The translations under genes were made by a program, and so were the position numbers. The notes under the pieces were generated by a model. It saw only the letters and a program-made list of their open reading frames with translations. It searched no databases and was not told where the DNA came from. Source: an uncultured Roseburia sp. (lineage in GTDB: Bacteria > Bacillota > Clostridia > Lachnospirales > Lachnospiraceae). Taken from it: a DNA stretch of 64,000 bases. The stretch spans positions 5,415 to 69,414 of the forward strand of contig CAMFYL010000004.1 of the NCBI GenBank assembly GCA_946002055.1. The letters run 5' to 3'. Shown one piece after another: positions 39,825 to 50,307 of this stretch; positions within the stretch are counted from its first letter, which is position 1, and each line of letters opens with the position of its first letter.

Positions 39825-40769
39825 TTATAGACCATTACTAATATTTTCCTGCACTCTGCGATATAATTCCTGTGCAGCATTATAGCCCATTTTCTTCTGG
39901 CGATGGTTAACTGCTGCTGTCTCACAGATAACAGCAAGATTTCGTCCCGGTCGAATCGGAAGGGAATGACAGGTTACATTAATACCTAGAATATCCATAT
40001 ATTCATCTTCCATACCGAGGCGGTCATAATTATTCTCTTTCTTCCAGTCTTCCAGTTTAATAACAAAGTCAATCTTCTGAACTTCCTTGACACACTCTAC
40101 ACCAAAAAGACTCTTAACGTCAATAACGCCAATGCCTCTCAACTCAATTAAGTGCTTTGTCACTGCAGGTGCCTTTCCCATAAGTGTTCTGGCATTGGTC
40201 TTTCGGATTTCAACCACATCATCTGCCACAAGGCGGTGACCACGTTTGATAAGCTCTAAGGCCGCCTCGCTCTTACCAATTCCGCTCTCACCTGTAATCA
40301 AAAGACCTTCGCCGTATACATCAACAAGCACACCGTGGATGGTGGTACAAGGAGCTAAGATGGTATTTAACTCAATAATCAGCTCAGACATAAACTCTGA
40401 TGTACCACGATCTGTTCCCAAAACAGGAATCTGGCGTTCTAATGCAACCTTAACCAGGGAATCCTCCGGCACAAATCCTCTACAAAAAATCAGGCATGGA
40501 ATATCATAACTCAGTAGTTTCTCATAAATCTCTGCCCTCTTCTCTGAGGTCTTGCTATTTAAATACGCCTGCTCCACCATACCGATTATCTGAATTCGGT
40601 TCACTTCAAAATGCTCGTAGAATCCATTCAACTGCAATGCAGGACGATTCACGTCTGCAACATGCACCTCTCTCTTACCCAAATCCAAGCTCTCTGTGAA
40701 ATTTTTCAACTCCAAGCGCTTTGCAATTTCTGATAATTTTGCTCCCATACCTTCCATAGTAATACCCAT
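39825..40769 (-). CDS. hprK: HPr(Ser) kinase/phosphorylase
   Basis: GESGIGKSE, LVADD, ELRGIG, RPGRN. Confidence 0.96.
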   Translation of the reverse strand: MGITMEGMGAKLSEIAKRLELKNFTESLDLGKREVHVADVNRPALQLNGFYEHFEVNRIQIIGMVEQAYLNSKTSEKRAEIYEKLLSYDIPCLIFCRGFVPEDSLVKVALERQIPVLGTDRGTSEFMSELIIELNTILAPCTTIHGVLVDVYGEGLLITGESGIGKSEAALELIKRGHRLVADDVVEIRKTNARTLMGKAPAVTKHLIELRGIGVIDVKSLFGVECVKEVQKIDFVIKLEDWKKENNYDRLGMEDEYMDILGINVTCHSLPIRPGRNLAVICETAAVNHRQKKMGYNAAQELYRRVQENISNGL

Positions 40770-40801
40770 CCTCTCTTAATCTATCTATATTTTAAAGTAT
40801 T

Positions 40802-42685
40802 TCACCTGTTTGTCAAACCATGAAGATAGTCATAAAGGGCTGTAGCGGAACGCACATCCATAGAGGGGGTGTCAGCCAACTCTTCTAGGGTTGCCTTAGC
40901 CATATCCTCTGCGCTTTCAAATCGTTTCATTAGCGCTTTTCGTCTGGCGGGTCCAATGCCCTCCACGTCATCCAGAAAACTATGAACCTGGCTCTTTAAG
41001 CGCAGACTCCTGTGATACTCAATGGCAAAGCGGTGCGCCTCATCCTGAAGCCGCGTGATTAAATGAAATCCCTCTGATGACTTATCGATTGGAATTTCAA
41101 CATTGCCAAAGTAAAGGCCTCTGGTTCTGTGATGGTCATCCTTCACCATTCCACACACGGGAATATGAATGCCCAGCTCCGAAAGAACCTCCTGGCATAT
41201 ATTCACCTGACCACGGCCTCCGTCCATCATAATCACATCCGGAAACTTGCTAAAGCTGCCCAGGCTTTCTTCCATGCCCTTTTCCTTTCGTTCATCCCGT
41301 TCCTGCAGTCCGTGAGTAAATCGTCGAGTTAACACTTCTCGCATAGAACCGTAATCATCCGGGCCTGTAACGGTTTTCAGTTTAAACTTTCGGTAGTCAC
41401 TGCGAAGAGGTTTTCCCTTTTCGAATACAACCATAGAGCCTACGGTTTGGAATCCATTGATATTGGAAATATCAAACGCTTCCATTCGATTGATGTTATC
41501 CATACCCAGAAGATTTGCAATCTCCCTTAAGGCTCCTATGGTACGCCCCTCTTCCTTTTTCATTCGCTCTCTGTCCTGCTCCAACACAAGGGCTGCATTC
41601 TTTTCCGCCAATTCTACCATTTTATTCTTCAGGCCCTTTTGTGGGGTCTTTAAATAAACCCGCTGTCCCTTCTTGGAAGAGAGCCACTCCTCTACCACAT
41701 CCTGTTCCGGAATTGGATGCTGCAAATGGATTTCCTTAGGAATCACCGGAGTTCCTCCATAAAACTGTTGCAAAAATCCCGCAACAATTTCCGGCTCCGT
41801 CTCCTCAAGTCGCACATTCATAAAGAAATGTTCTCGCCCAATCAACTTTCCGGAGCGAACAAAGAAAACTTGTATCACCGCATCCTCGCCCTTTTGTGCC
41901 ACAGCCACAATATCTTTATCATCTGCCTCATTGGCATTGGTGATTTTCTGCTTCTGCATACAGGCATTGACACTTGAAAGCAAATCCCGATACTCTGCTG
42001 CCTTTTCAAATTCCATATGCTCTGCAGCATCTTGCATCTTCTCCTCCAGCATCTGAATCACCGGCTGATAGGAACCATTCAAGAAGGATAGTGCACCCTC
42101 TACGCTTTTTGCATATACCTCCTGAGACACATTTCCCGTACAAACGCCGGGACACTGCTTCATATGATAATTCAAGCAAGGTCTCTCCTTGCCAAAGCTG
42201 TCCGGAAATTTTTTGTTACAGGTTCTTAAGTGATATATCTTTTGGACCAAATCGATGGTATCCTTTACCGCCGTTGCACTGGTAAATGGTCCAAAGTACT
42301 TGGATTTGTCTTTCTTTATCTGACGCGAAAAAAGGACCCTGGGATATACCTCTCCCAGCGTCACTTTTATATATGGGTACGTCTTGTCGTCTCGAAGCAT
42401 AGTATTGTACTTTGGTCGGTGTTCCTTGATGAGATTACACTCCAACACCAGCGCCTCCAACTCCGAGTCCGTGACAATATACTCAAAATAAGCAATCTGT
42501 TTTACCATTTGCGCCTTTTTAATGCCTTCGTTGTGGCTGGGTTGAAAATACTGTCTCACCCGATGGCGAAGAGACAGGGCTTTCCCCACATAAATAATGG
42601 CATCTTTGGCGTCATGCATAATGTAAACTCCCGGAGAATCCGGGAGTTTTGTTAATTCTTCTTCAATCGAAAAATGTTCATTCAT
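40802..42685 (-). CDS. uvrC: Excinuclease ABC subunit C
   Basis: PGVY...YVGKA, FDISN, DGGRGQ, DEAHRFA. Confidence 0.96.
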   Translation of the reverse strand: MNEHFSIEEELTKLPDSPGVYIMHDAKDAIIYVGKALSLRHRVRQYFQPSHNEGIKKAQMVKQIAYFEYIVTDSELEALVLECNLIKEHRPKYNTMLRDDKTYPYIKVTLGEVYPRVLFSRQIKKDKSKYFGPFTSATAVKDTIDLVQKIYHLRTCNKKFPDSFGKERPCLNYHMKQCPGVCTGNVSQEVYAKSVEGALSFLNGSYQPVIQMLEEKMQDAAEHMEFEKAAEYRDLLSSVNACMQKQKITNANEADDKDIVAVAQKGEDAVIQVFFVRSGKLIGREHFFMNVRLEETEPEIVAGFLQQFYGGTPVIPKEIHLQHPIPEQDVVEEWLSSKKGQRVYLKTPQKGLKNKMVELAEKNAALVLEQDRERMKKEEGRTIGALREIANLLGMDNINRMEAFDISNINGFQTVGSMVVFEKGKPLRSDYRKFKLKTVTGPDDYGSMREVLTRRFTHGLQERDERKEKGMEESLGSFSKFPDVIMMDGGRGQVNICQEVLSELGIHIPVCGMVKDDHHRTRGLYFGNVEIPIDKSSEGFHLITRLQDEAHRFAIEYHRSLRLKSQVHSFLDDVEGIGPARRKALMKRFESAEDMAKATLEELADTPSMDVRSATALYDYLHGLTNR

Positions 42686-42691
42686 AGTCCA

Positions 42692-44665
42692 TTATTCTTC
42701 CTGGAACAAATCATCTTGGTTTTGCTCTTCTTCTGTGTCATCAAGACCCTTTAACTGGCGGAAAATCTTCATGAATTCCTTGCCGGTAATAGTCTCGTGC
42801 TCATAGAGGTAATCAGAAATCTGATCCAAAATATCCCGATTCTCCTGAAGAAGTCTCACCGCTTCATCATAACAAGAGGTGATAATCTTAAGTACTTCCT
42901 GATCTACTTCTGCGGCAGTTGTCTCAGCACAGCTCATAGATGCTCTTCCCTCCAGATACTGGTTCTCAACAGAAGCAAGTCCCATCATCTTGAATCGATC
43001 TGACATACCAAAACGTGTCACCATATTTCTTGCAATGTTTGTTGCATTCTCGATATCGTTAGAAGCTCCGCTGGTAGGAGACTCAAACACCAACTGCTCC
43101 GCTGCGCGACCGCCCATAAAGGTGGTAATCTTTGCAATGAGCTCATCCTTGGTCTCTAAGAACTTCTCCTCCTCCGGGGTCTGTAAGGTGTAGCCGAGAG
43201 CTCCCATGGTACGAGGAACGATGGTAATCTTCTGTACCGGCTCTGTATTCTTTTGCAAGGCAGAAACAAGCGCATGCCCCACCTCGTGATATGAGACAAT
43301 CTTTCGTTCCTTCTCGCTCATAGCCCGATCTTTCTTTTCCTTGCCACCAACGGCAACCAATTCAAAGGCTTCAAACAAATCATCCTGATTTACAAACTTA
43401 CGGTTATGTTTTACAGCATTAATAGCCGCCTCATTGATAATATTTGCAAGATCTGATCCCACAAGGCCAGCGGATGCCAAAGCCATAGCTTCCAAGTCCA
43501 CCGTCTCATCCATGGCCACATCTTTGGCGTGCACCTTCAGTGTCTCCAGACGTCCTTTCTGATCCGGACGATCTACGATGATTCGACGGTCAAAACGTCC
43601 CGGACGAAGCAATGCCTTATCCAATACTTCCGGACGGTTGGTAGCCGCCAAAATCAAAAGACCCTTGGATGTATCGAAGCCATCCATCTCGGCCAACAAC
43701 TGATTCAAAGTCTGCTCTCTTTCATCGTTGCCGCCGCCATATCTGGAATCACGGCTCTTACCAATGGCGTCAATCTCATCAATAAAGATAATACAAGGAG
43801 CCGCCTTTTGAGCCTCCTTAAACAAATCACGAACTCGTGATGCACCAACACCAACAAACATCTCAACAAAGTCAGAACCGGCCAGTGAGAAGAATGGCAC
43901 ACCAGCCTCTCCGGCCACAGCCTTGGCAAGTAATGTTTTACCTGTACCGGGAGGTCCCACCAAAAGGGCGCCCTTAGGCAATTTTGCACCGATTGCTGCA
44001 TACTTCTGTGGGTTGTGCAAGAAGTCTACCACTTCCTGTAGGGATTCTTTTGCTTCATCCTGTCCGGCCACATCCTTAAAGGTGACGCCAGTAGTCTTTT
44101 CTACATAAACCTTAGCGTTTGACTTGCCCACACCCATAGGACCGCCACCCATGCGCTTCATAAGGAAGGACAAAAGCAACCAGAACAGAATAATAGGAAT
44201 CACAAAACTCAAAACATTGTAGATAATCACCGAGGTAGAGTCTGAGACCTTTCCATCAATTTCTACATTGTGTTCCTTCAATAGAGGTAGTAAATCATCA
44301 TCATTTACGTGGGCAGTCACAAAGGTCATCGCCATACTCTGTCCCATACTCTGCTCATAATATTCAGCCAAAGCCTCTGTCTCTTTGCTTCCCGCATAAG
44401 AAGCATCCTTCTTCAGCTTGATGTTGATTTTGTCTCCCTCAAAGACAACAGACTTCACCTGATCCTTCTCCACAAGCTCCAAAAACTTGGTGTAGGTAAT
44501 GGACTGTTTGGATCCGGATGTAATATTGTTGTAAAGCAGGTTGGTCACAAACATTGCAATCAACGCAAACAGAACAAACAACATAATGGGTTGCGGTTTC
44601 TTATTGTTATTGTTATTGTTGTTGTTATTTGGTCCGTTTGGACGACCATTTTGATTCTCGTTCAT
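42692..44665 (-). CDS. ftsH: ATP-dependent zinc metalloprotease FtsH
   Basis: Two TM helices, [24 protein letters not shown]. Confidence 0.96.
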   Translation of the reverse strand: MNENQNGRPNGPNNNNNNNNNKKPQPIMLFVLFALIAMFVTNLLYNNITSGSKQSITYTKFLELVEKDQVKSVVFEGDKINIKLKKDASYAGSKETEALAEYYEQSMGQSMAMTFVTAHVNDDDLLPLLKEHNVEIDGKVSDSTSVIIYNVLSFVIPIILFWLLLSFLMKRMGGGPMGVGKSNAKVYVEKTTGVTFKDVAGQDEAKESLQEVVDFLHNPQKYAAIGAKLPKGALLVGPPGTGKTLLAKAVAGEAGVPFFSLAGSDFVEMFVGVGASRVRDLFKEAQKAAPCIIFIDEIDAIGKSRDSRYGGGNDEREQTLNQLLAEMDGFDTSKGLLILAATNRPEVLDKALLRPGRFDRRIIVDRPDQKGRLETLKVHAKDVAMDETVDLEAMALASAGLVGSDLANIINEAAINAVKHNRKFVNQDDLFEAFELVAVGGKEKKDRAMSEKERKIVSYHEVGHALVSALQKNTEPVQKITIVPRTMGALGYTLQTPEEEKFLETKDELIAKITTFMGGRAAEQLVFESPTSGASNDIENATNIARNMVTRFGMSDRFKMMGLASVENQYLEGRASMSCAETTAAEVDQEVLKIITSCYDEAVRLLQENRDILDQISDYLYEHETITGKEFMKIFRQLKGLDDTEEEQNQDDLFQEE

Positions 44666-44686
44666 TTCATCCTCCAAAAGTTGCCT

Positions 44687-46225
44687 TTATTTTCCTGCGG
44701 CAACCTCATCAAATTCTTTTACAATTTCCTGGGATGGCGCTTTTGTAGTTAAGCTCACCAGGGCAATCACTACACATCCCACTAAAAATGCCGGAAGCAA
44801 TTCATATATATTCCATGGGCCTCCCAGTGGGCGCACCAAATATTTCCAAATGAATACCATAGCCCCACCGGCAGCCATACCGGCAATGGCACCCTGGCGA
44901 TTGGTTCTTCTCCAAAACAAAGAGAATAACATAACAGGGCCAAAGGCTGCTCCAAATCCGGCCCATGCAAAGGAAACAATGCTAAATACAGAGCTGTCCG
45001 GATTTCTGGCAATAAAGATAGAAATCAGTGCAATGGCAATGACAGTGAGTCTGGCTGCAATCATTTTGCCCTTTTCACTAATCTTACATCCTATCACATC
45101 AACAAGCAAGTTCTGTGAAAATGCAGAGGATGCTGCCAAGAGCTGTGAGTCTGATGTTGACATAGTACATGCCAAAATGCCGGCCAAAATCACACCGGCA
45201 ATCAAGGCGAAGGCAACGCCATTTTCACTCAAAAGCTGAGCCAAAGCTATGACCGTTCTCTCTGCATCAGAAGGTGTCTCAAAAAATGCAATAGAGCCGG
45301 CTTTACTTACGCTGTATCCTACAATTCCAATGAGAATTGCCACTGCCATAGAAATCACTACCCAAACAGAGGCAATACGTCGGGAAAGAGCAATCTTGTT
45401 CTCATCCTTAATAGCCATAAAACGCAATAAGATATGGGGCATTCCGAAGTAGCCCAAGCCCCAAGCCATTGTTGAGATAATGGTAATGATGCCGTATGCT
45501 CCCACTTCCTTTGTCACAACATTTCCCATATGGGTCATGCTTAGATATCCCGGAATCTCATTGGCATTGGCTGCTACCACATCCCAGCCCCCTGCCATAC
45601 GAATACCAAAGCCAACAACCACAACAAGGGCAATGGTCATAACAACGCTCTGAATCAAATCCGTTGTGCTGGCCGCCAAAAAACCGCCAAGCATGGTATA
45701 GGAAACAATAACCAAAGCACTAATCATCATAGCTACTATATAATCAATGCCAAAAAGAGAGGAAAAGAGTTTTCCGCATGCTGCGAATCCACTGGCCGTA
45801 TATGGAATAAAGAATACCAAAATCACGATTGCTGCAATACATATGAGAACATTGCTGTCATCCCGAAATCTCTTTTTGAAAAACTCAGGAATAGTAATAG
45901 CATTCCCAACTTTCTCTGAATAACGGCGCAAACGCTTTGCCACAAATAACCAATTTAAATATGTACCAATGGCAAGTCCAATGGCTGTCCATGCCGCATC
46001 TGCCACACCTGAAATATAGGCCACTCCCGGCAATCCCATCAGCAGCCAGCTACTCATATCAGATGCTTCCGCACTCATAGCTGTAACGATTGGGCCTAAC
46101 TGACGACCTCCCAAATAAAAGTCGTCGGCATTCTGATTTCTCTTGGAGTAAATCACTCCTACTGCCACAATAATTGCCATATACAAAACGATGGCAATCA
46201 TAATGCAAATCTGTGCTGTTGTCAT
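44687..46225 (-). CDS. putP: Sodium/proline symporter
   Basis: SAEASDMSSWLLMGLPG, GYFGMPHILLRFM, AWAGFG. Confidence 0.92.
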   Translation of the reverse strand: MTTAQICIMIAIVLYMAIIVAVGVIYSKRNQNADDFYLGGRQLGPIVTAMSAEASDMSSWLLMGLPGVAYISGVADAAWTAIGLAIGTYLNWLFVAKRLRRYSEKVGNAITIPEFFKKRFRDDSNVLICIAAIVILVFFIPYTASGFAACGKLFSSLFGIDYIVAMMISALVIVSYTMLGGFLAASTTDLIQSVVMTIALVVVVGFGIRMAGGWDVVAANANEIPGYLSMTHMGNVVTKEVGAYGIITIISTMAWGLGYFGMPHILLRFMAIKDENKIALSRRIASVWVVISMAVAILIGIVGYSVSKAGSIAFFETPSDAERTVIALAQLLSENGVAFALIAGVILAGILACTMSTSDSQLLAASSAFSQNLLVDVIGCKISEKGKMIAARLTVIAIALISIFIARNPDSSVFSIVSFAWAGFGAAFGPVMLFSLFWRRTNRQGAIAGMAAGGAMVFIWKYLVRPLGGPWNIYELLPAFLVGCVVIALVSLTTKAPSQEIVKEFDEVAAGK

Positions 46226-46441
46226 TGTATAACTCCTTACTGATATTATGTATTAATTGTGATGTCTTTGTGAACATATGTAACCTTTGAAATACTCTCA
46301 AGAGAAGTTCTTCCCACGGGCAGAACTTCTCTTCAAAGAATTTATCATAACATAGGTCTATAAATGATGATAGGTGTCAGACCAAACGGACCGGCACCCA
46401 AACATCATATTATTCTAAGGACTTCATATCCCCATAATTTT

Positions 46442-47236
46442 CTATGACAGAATCGCCTTATCACTGGTAAACTCTGTTCCGGATACTTCCTCGAACTTAT
46501 GAAGAAGTTGTTCCACTGTAAGTTTCTTCTTTTCCTCTCCGGCAATATTTAGAATAACTCTGCCTTCATTCATCATAATCAAACGATCACCGTGAACAAT
46601 AGCATCCTTCATATTATGCGTAACCATCAAGGTGGTCAGATTATTTTCTGTAACAATCCGCTCTGTGGTCTCAAGTACCTTGGCGGCGGTTTTCGGATCA
46701 AGAGCTGCCGTGTGTTCATCAAGAAGAAGCACCTTTGGCTTCTGCAATGTGGCCATCAAAAGTGTCAAAGCCTGGCGTTGTCCGCCAGAGAGAAGTCCCA
46801 CCTTAGAGGTCATACGCTCCTCAAGTCCCAAGTCAAGAATTTTAAGCATCTCGTGATACTGCTCTCTCTCTTTCTTGGAAATACCCCAGCCAAGTCCTCG
46901 GCTCTTACCACGTCTTGCTGCCAAAGCAAGATTTTCCTGAATCTCCATATCCGCAGCGGTTCCTGTCATAGGGTCCTGGAACACACGTCCCAAATACTTC
47001 GCTCTCTTGTATTCGCAAAGTCCCGTAACATCCTCGCCATCAATCAAAATGCTTCCTGCATCCACAGGCCAAACACCGGCCACTGCATTCAAAAAGGTAG
47101 ACTTACCTGCTCCGTTACCACCAATGACAGTGACGAATTCTCCCTCCTGCAGTGTCAGGGATGCACCGTTAAGTGCGTGCTTTTCATTCACCGTGCCAGC
47201 ATTAAATGTCTTATAAATCTCGTTAACTGTAAGCAT
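46442..47236 (-). CDS. ABC transporter ATPase (aromatic amino-acid importer type)
   Basis: GGNGAGKS, LSGGQRQ, LDEHTAALDP. Confidence 0.9.
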   Translation of the reverse strand: MLTVNEIYKTFNAGTVNEKHALNGASLTLQEGEFVTVIGGNGAGKSTFLNAVAGVWPVDAGSILIDGEDVTGLCEYKRAKYLGRVFQDPMTGTAADMEIQENLALAARRGKSRGLGWGISKKEREQYHEMLKILDLGLEERMTSKVGLLSGGQRQALTLLMATLQKPKVLLLDEHTAALDPKTAAKVLETTERIVTENNLTTLMVTHNMKDAIVHGDRLIMMNEGRVILNIAGEEKKKLTVEQLLHKFEEVSGTEFTSDKAILS

Positions 47237-48159
47237 TATTTCTGTCCTCCTTTTCTGGCAGCTTTTCTAAAGGAGCTTTTCGCCTGTCCGCGCAGATACG
47301 GAACAGCCAAGAAAATAGCCACAATAATTGCTGTAAACAATTTCAAATCGTTGGTAGGCATACGCAACCACAGAACGATGCCAATAACAATATAATAAAC
47401 AATACCACCGATAATGACAAACAACATACGAACAATGAAATTCATACGCTTGCCAATCATTGCGTGTCCCAACACCTCACCGATGATAACTGCTGCCAAA
47501 CCAATAACAATAGCACCACGTCCCATATTAATATCAGCAAATCCCTGATACTGCGCCATCAAACCGCCGGAAAGAGCAACCACGCCATTGGAAAGTGCCA
47601 ATGTGATGACCTTCATCAAGTTAATATTGATACCCTGAGCGCTACTCATAGCCGGATTGTTTCCTGTGGCACGAATCGCACATCCCTGAGCGGTTCCAAA
47701 ATACCAATACATCAAAGAAATCAATGCAATGGCAAAGATGGATGCCACCAAAATGGTTTTTGATACAAAGCGAAGGGAAACCAGCAAATTGAACTTATCT
47801 ACACTGACAGCCACATTTGCCTTGCCCGTCATTATATTCAGATTTACAGAATACAGTGCAATTTGCGTAAGAATTCCCGCCAGGATATCAGGGATACCAA
47901 AGACCGTATGTAAAATTCCAGTCACCATACCTGCAAGCACGCCAGCCAGTGTTGCCATTACAAGTGCTGCCGGGACGGACCAACCGCCGGTAATTAAAAT
48001 GACTGCCACGGCACCACCTGTGGCGAATGAGCCATCTACCGTCAAATCCGCAAAATTTAAAAGCTTAAATGTCATAAACACGCCAAGTGCCATGATTCCC
48101 CATATAATTCCCTGTGCCACATTACCGGGCATAGCAGAAAACAAGGTTGCTATATCCAT
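47236..48159 (-). CDS. ABC transporter permease
   Basis: DLTVDGSF, GAIVIGLAAVIIGE; start moved to ATG 48159. Confidence 0.9.
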   Translation of the reverse strand: MDIATLFSAMPGNVAQGIIWGIMALGVFMTFKLLNFADLTVDGSFATGGAVAVILITGGWSVPAALVMATLAGVLAGMVTGILHTVFGIPDILAGILTQIALYSVNLNIMTGKANVAVSVDKFNLLVSLRFVSKTILVASIFAIALISLMYWYFGTAQGCAIRATGNNPAMSSAQGININLMKVITLALSNGVVALSGGLMAQYQGFADINMGRGAIVIGLAAVIIGEVLGHAMIGKRMNFIVRMLFVIIGGIVYYIVIGIVLWLRMPTNDLKLFTAIIVAIFLAVPYLRGQAKSSFRKAARKGGQK

Positions 48160-48205
48160 TTGTACCCTCCAGACCGGATTCAAAAAATGAATCCATAATA
48201 TAAAT

Positions 48206-48235
48206 TTACCGGGCGCTTGTATCAGTGCCCGGTAA
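48206..48235. other. Intercistronic stem-loop after the binding-protein gene
   Basis: TTACCGGGCGCT...AGTGCCCGGTAA; probably mRNA-stabilising or attenuating. Confidence 0.5.
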
Positions 48236-48282
48236 GCTAATAAAGCAATACTAATAATATATGAAATCAATCAAAAATACAA

Positions 48283-49275
48283 CTACTCTTCTGATACTTC
48301 AATCGCTTCGTAATCCTCTGGGATCTCAACACCCAGCTTCTGGCAAATGTCAGCGTTGTATTTCTTTGTAAGTTCTTTTGCAAATTCAATTTCCATAGTT
48401 GCCGGATCAGCTCCATTTACAAGAATCTCGTATGCCATCATACCAGCGCGATATCCGATATCATAGTAATCAATAGAAAGTGTAGCCACACCACAACCAG
48501 CGCAAATACCTTCCTCCCCGGCAATGATTGGAATCTTCTTCTGAAGTGCCACGCTGTTGATCGTCTCTGTACAAGATGCTGCTGTGTTATCGGTCGGAAT
48601 GTATAATACGTCACTCTCATCGCATGCAGTTGTTGTTACAGAAGATACATCATTGGTGTCTGCAAATGTATACTCCTTAACAGTCATTCCCATTTTCTCT
48701 AAAGCCTTAGTGACAACCTTTGACTGATATACTGAGTTAGCCTCAGCTGAGCAGTACAAAATACCTACCTTCTTGGCATCTGGGAATAATTCTCCAATCA
48801 TCTGTGCCTGCTCATCCAACGGAGCCAGGTCAGATGTTCCTGTTACATTAACACCTGTTGTTCCCTTCCAATCATCTATCTGCAAAGCTGTAGCATAATC
48901 TGTGATAGATGTACCAACAATTGGAATAGAATCCGTTGCCTGTGTTGCCGCTACAAGGGCAGGTGTTGCATTTGCAAAAATCAAGCTCTTATTGCTGCTT
49001 GCAAATGTATTACAAATAGTTGAACATGTGGCAGAATCCCCCGCTGCGTTCTGTTCATCAATATCAACCTCATCCCCTAACTTCTCCTTCAAGGCATCTT
49101 TAAATCCTTTTGTTGCCTGATCCAATGCAGGATGCTGAACCAATTGGCACACACCTACCTGGTATTTAGCACCGGCAACGCCACCCTTTTTGTCTTCCCC
49201 TTTGTTGCCACATGCAACAAGACTGGTTACAAGCATCGTGCTAATCAAGGCCATCGCAATCAATCTCTTTTTCAT
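48283..49275 (-). CDS. ABC substrate-binding lipoprotein (Trp/Tyr-type family)
   Basis: Lipobox LVAC, QLVQHPALD..GF, TGTSD, PTDN. Confidence 0.88.
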   Translation of the reverse strand: MKKRLIAMALISTMLVTSLVACGNKGEDKKGGVAGAKYQVGVCQLVQHPALDQATKGFKDALKEKLGDEVDIDEQNAAGDSATCSTICNTFASSNKSLIFANATPALVAATQATDSIPIVGTSITDYATALQIDDWKGTTGVNVTGTSDLAPLDEQAQMIGELFPDAKKVGILYCSAEANSVYQSKVVTKALEKMGMTVKEYTFADTNDVSSVTTTACDESDVLYIPTDNTAASCTETINSVALQKKIPIIAGEEGICAGCGVATLSIDYYDIGYRAGMMAYEILVNGADPATMEIEFAKELTKKYNADICQKLGVEIPEDYEAIEVSEE

Positions 49276-49352
49276 GATTTATCCTCCTAAACCCATTAAA
49301 TCTTTTAACAATATATCACTTTAAAACTTTAAAGTCAAGAAGTGTTTTTATT

Positions 49353-50222
49353 TTACCAATACCTTTTTTTCCGAAAGATGACAAGGCTTGTGATGACAAT
49401 AAATAGCGCCACTCCAATAACGAAGACATATCCATATTTCCAGGAAATCTCCGGCATATATTCAAAGTTCATACCATACCAACCGGCAAGGAGACTTAAG
49501 GGGAGAAAAATAGTGGTGACAATGGTAAGCACCTTCATAATATCATTTTGCCGAATGCTTATCTGGGACTGGTAAATCTCCCATATCTCCATAGCATACT
49601 CCCGCATAATTTCCATATCATCAGAAAGTCGCTTTGTTCGAATAATAAACTTTTCAAAGCATGTCATCCTGTCCTGATCCAACAATGCATTATCCCACTC
49701 CATCAAATCCTCCGCCATCTCTGTCAACTGATGGTAAAAGCGAAAGAGTTGGTAAATACTGTGCTTCATAGTATACATTTTCTGAAGAAAGAATCTGGCA
49801 TTCTCTCTTGGAATCTCTGACTCCAGGGTGGCCAGTTGCTTGTAAATGGTATCAAGAACTCTCATATCATTTTCCACCAGCTTGCAAAAGATGCGATACA
49901 GCAAAATCTCCGGTGGCCTATCTTCCCATTCCCCGGGTGTCTTTTCCACCATAGCTGAGAGCAACCCATCGAAGTCTGCAAACCAAACCCCCGTGTCTGT
50001 AACCAGGAAGGACAAATACAAAAAGGTATGCCCCTGTCCCAAAATAGGAACCGTTTGCTTATGCTGCTTCTCTTTCTTTTTCTCCTGTACCGGCAGTTGA
50101 ATGGCACAACATAGGTTTTTCCCCTGACGGGATGCCATACATCCGTGAATCTCTGCCGGCTGGGGAAAAAGCCTTATCTCCTTAGGCAATTCCTCTTCTT
50201 TGACAGGAGACAATGCTCCCAT
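49353..50222 (-). CDS. CorA-family Mg2+/Co2+ transporter
   Basis: MKVLT...YGMNF..MPE. Confidence 0.9.
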   Translation of the reverse strand: MGALSPVKEEELPKEIRLFPQPAEIHGCMASRQGKNLCCAIQLPVQEKKKEKQHKQTVPILGQGHTFLYLSFLVTDTGVWFADFDGLLSAMVEKTPGEWEDRPPEILLYRIFCKLVENDMRVLDTIYKQLATLESEIPRENARFFLQKMYTMKHSIYQLFRFYHQLTEMAEDLMEWDNALLDQDRMTCFEKFIIRTKRLSDDMEIMREYAMEIWEIYQSQISIRQNDIMKVLTIVTTIFLPLSLLAGWYGMNFEYMPEISWKYGYVFVIGVALFIVITSLVIFRKKRYW

Positions 50223-50239
50223 TTGACCCTTTCTTTCCA

Positions 50240-50282
50240 ATAAAAAATACATACTAACCTCCATCGAAGGTTAGTATGTATT
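50240..50282 (-). terminator. Terminator of the MCP gene
   Basis: AATACATACTAACCT/AGGTTAGTATGTATT stem followed by a T-tract. Confidence 0.75.
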
Positions 50283-50307
50283 GTTTCATTTCTTATTATG
50301 CGATTGT

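Noticed and set aside
44601-44630. AAC/AAT repeat (poly-Asn) in the ftsH N-terminus as a phase-variable tract
   Set aside because: In-frame mixed-codon low-complexity linker; slippage would not shift the frame
46300-46400. Hairpins upstream of putP as a riboswitch or T-box
   Set aside because: No T-box or known aptamer motif; more likely the 3' structure of the ABC operon
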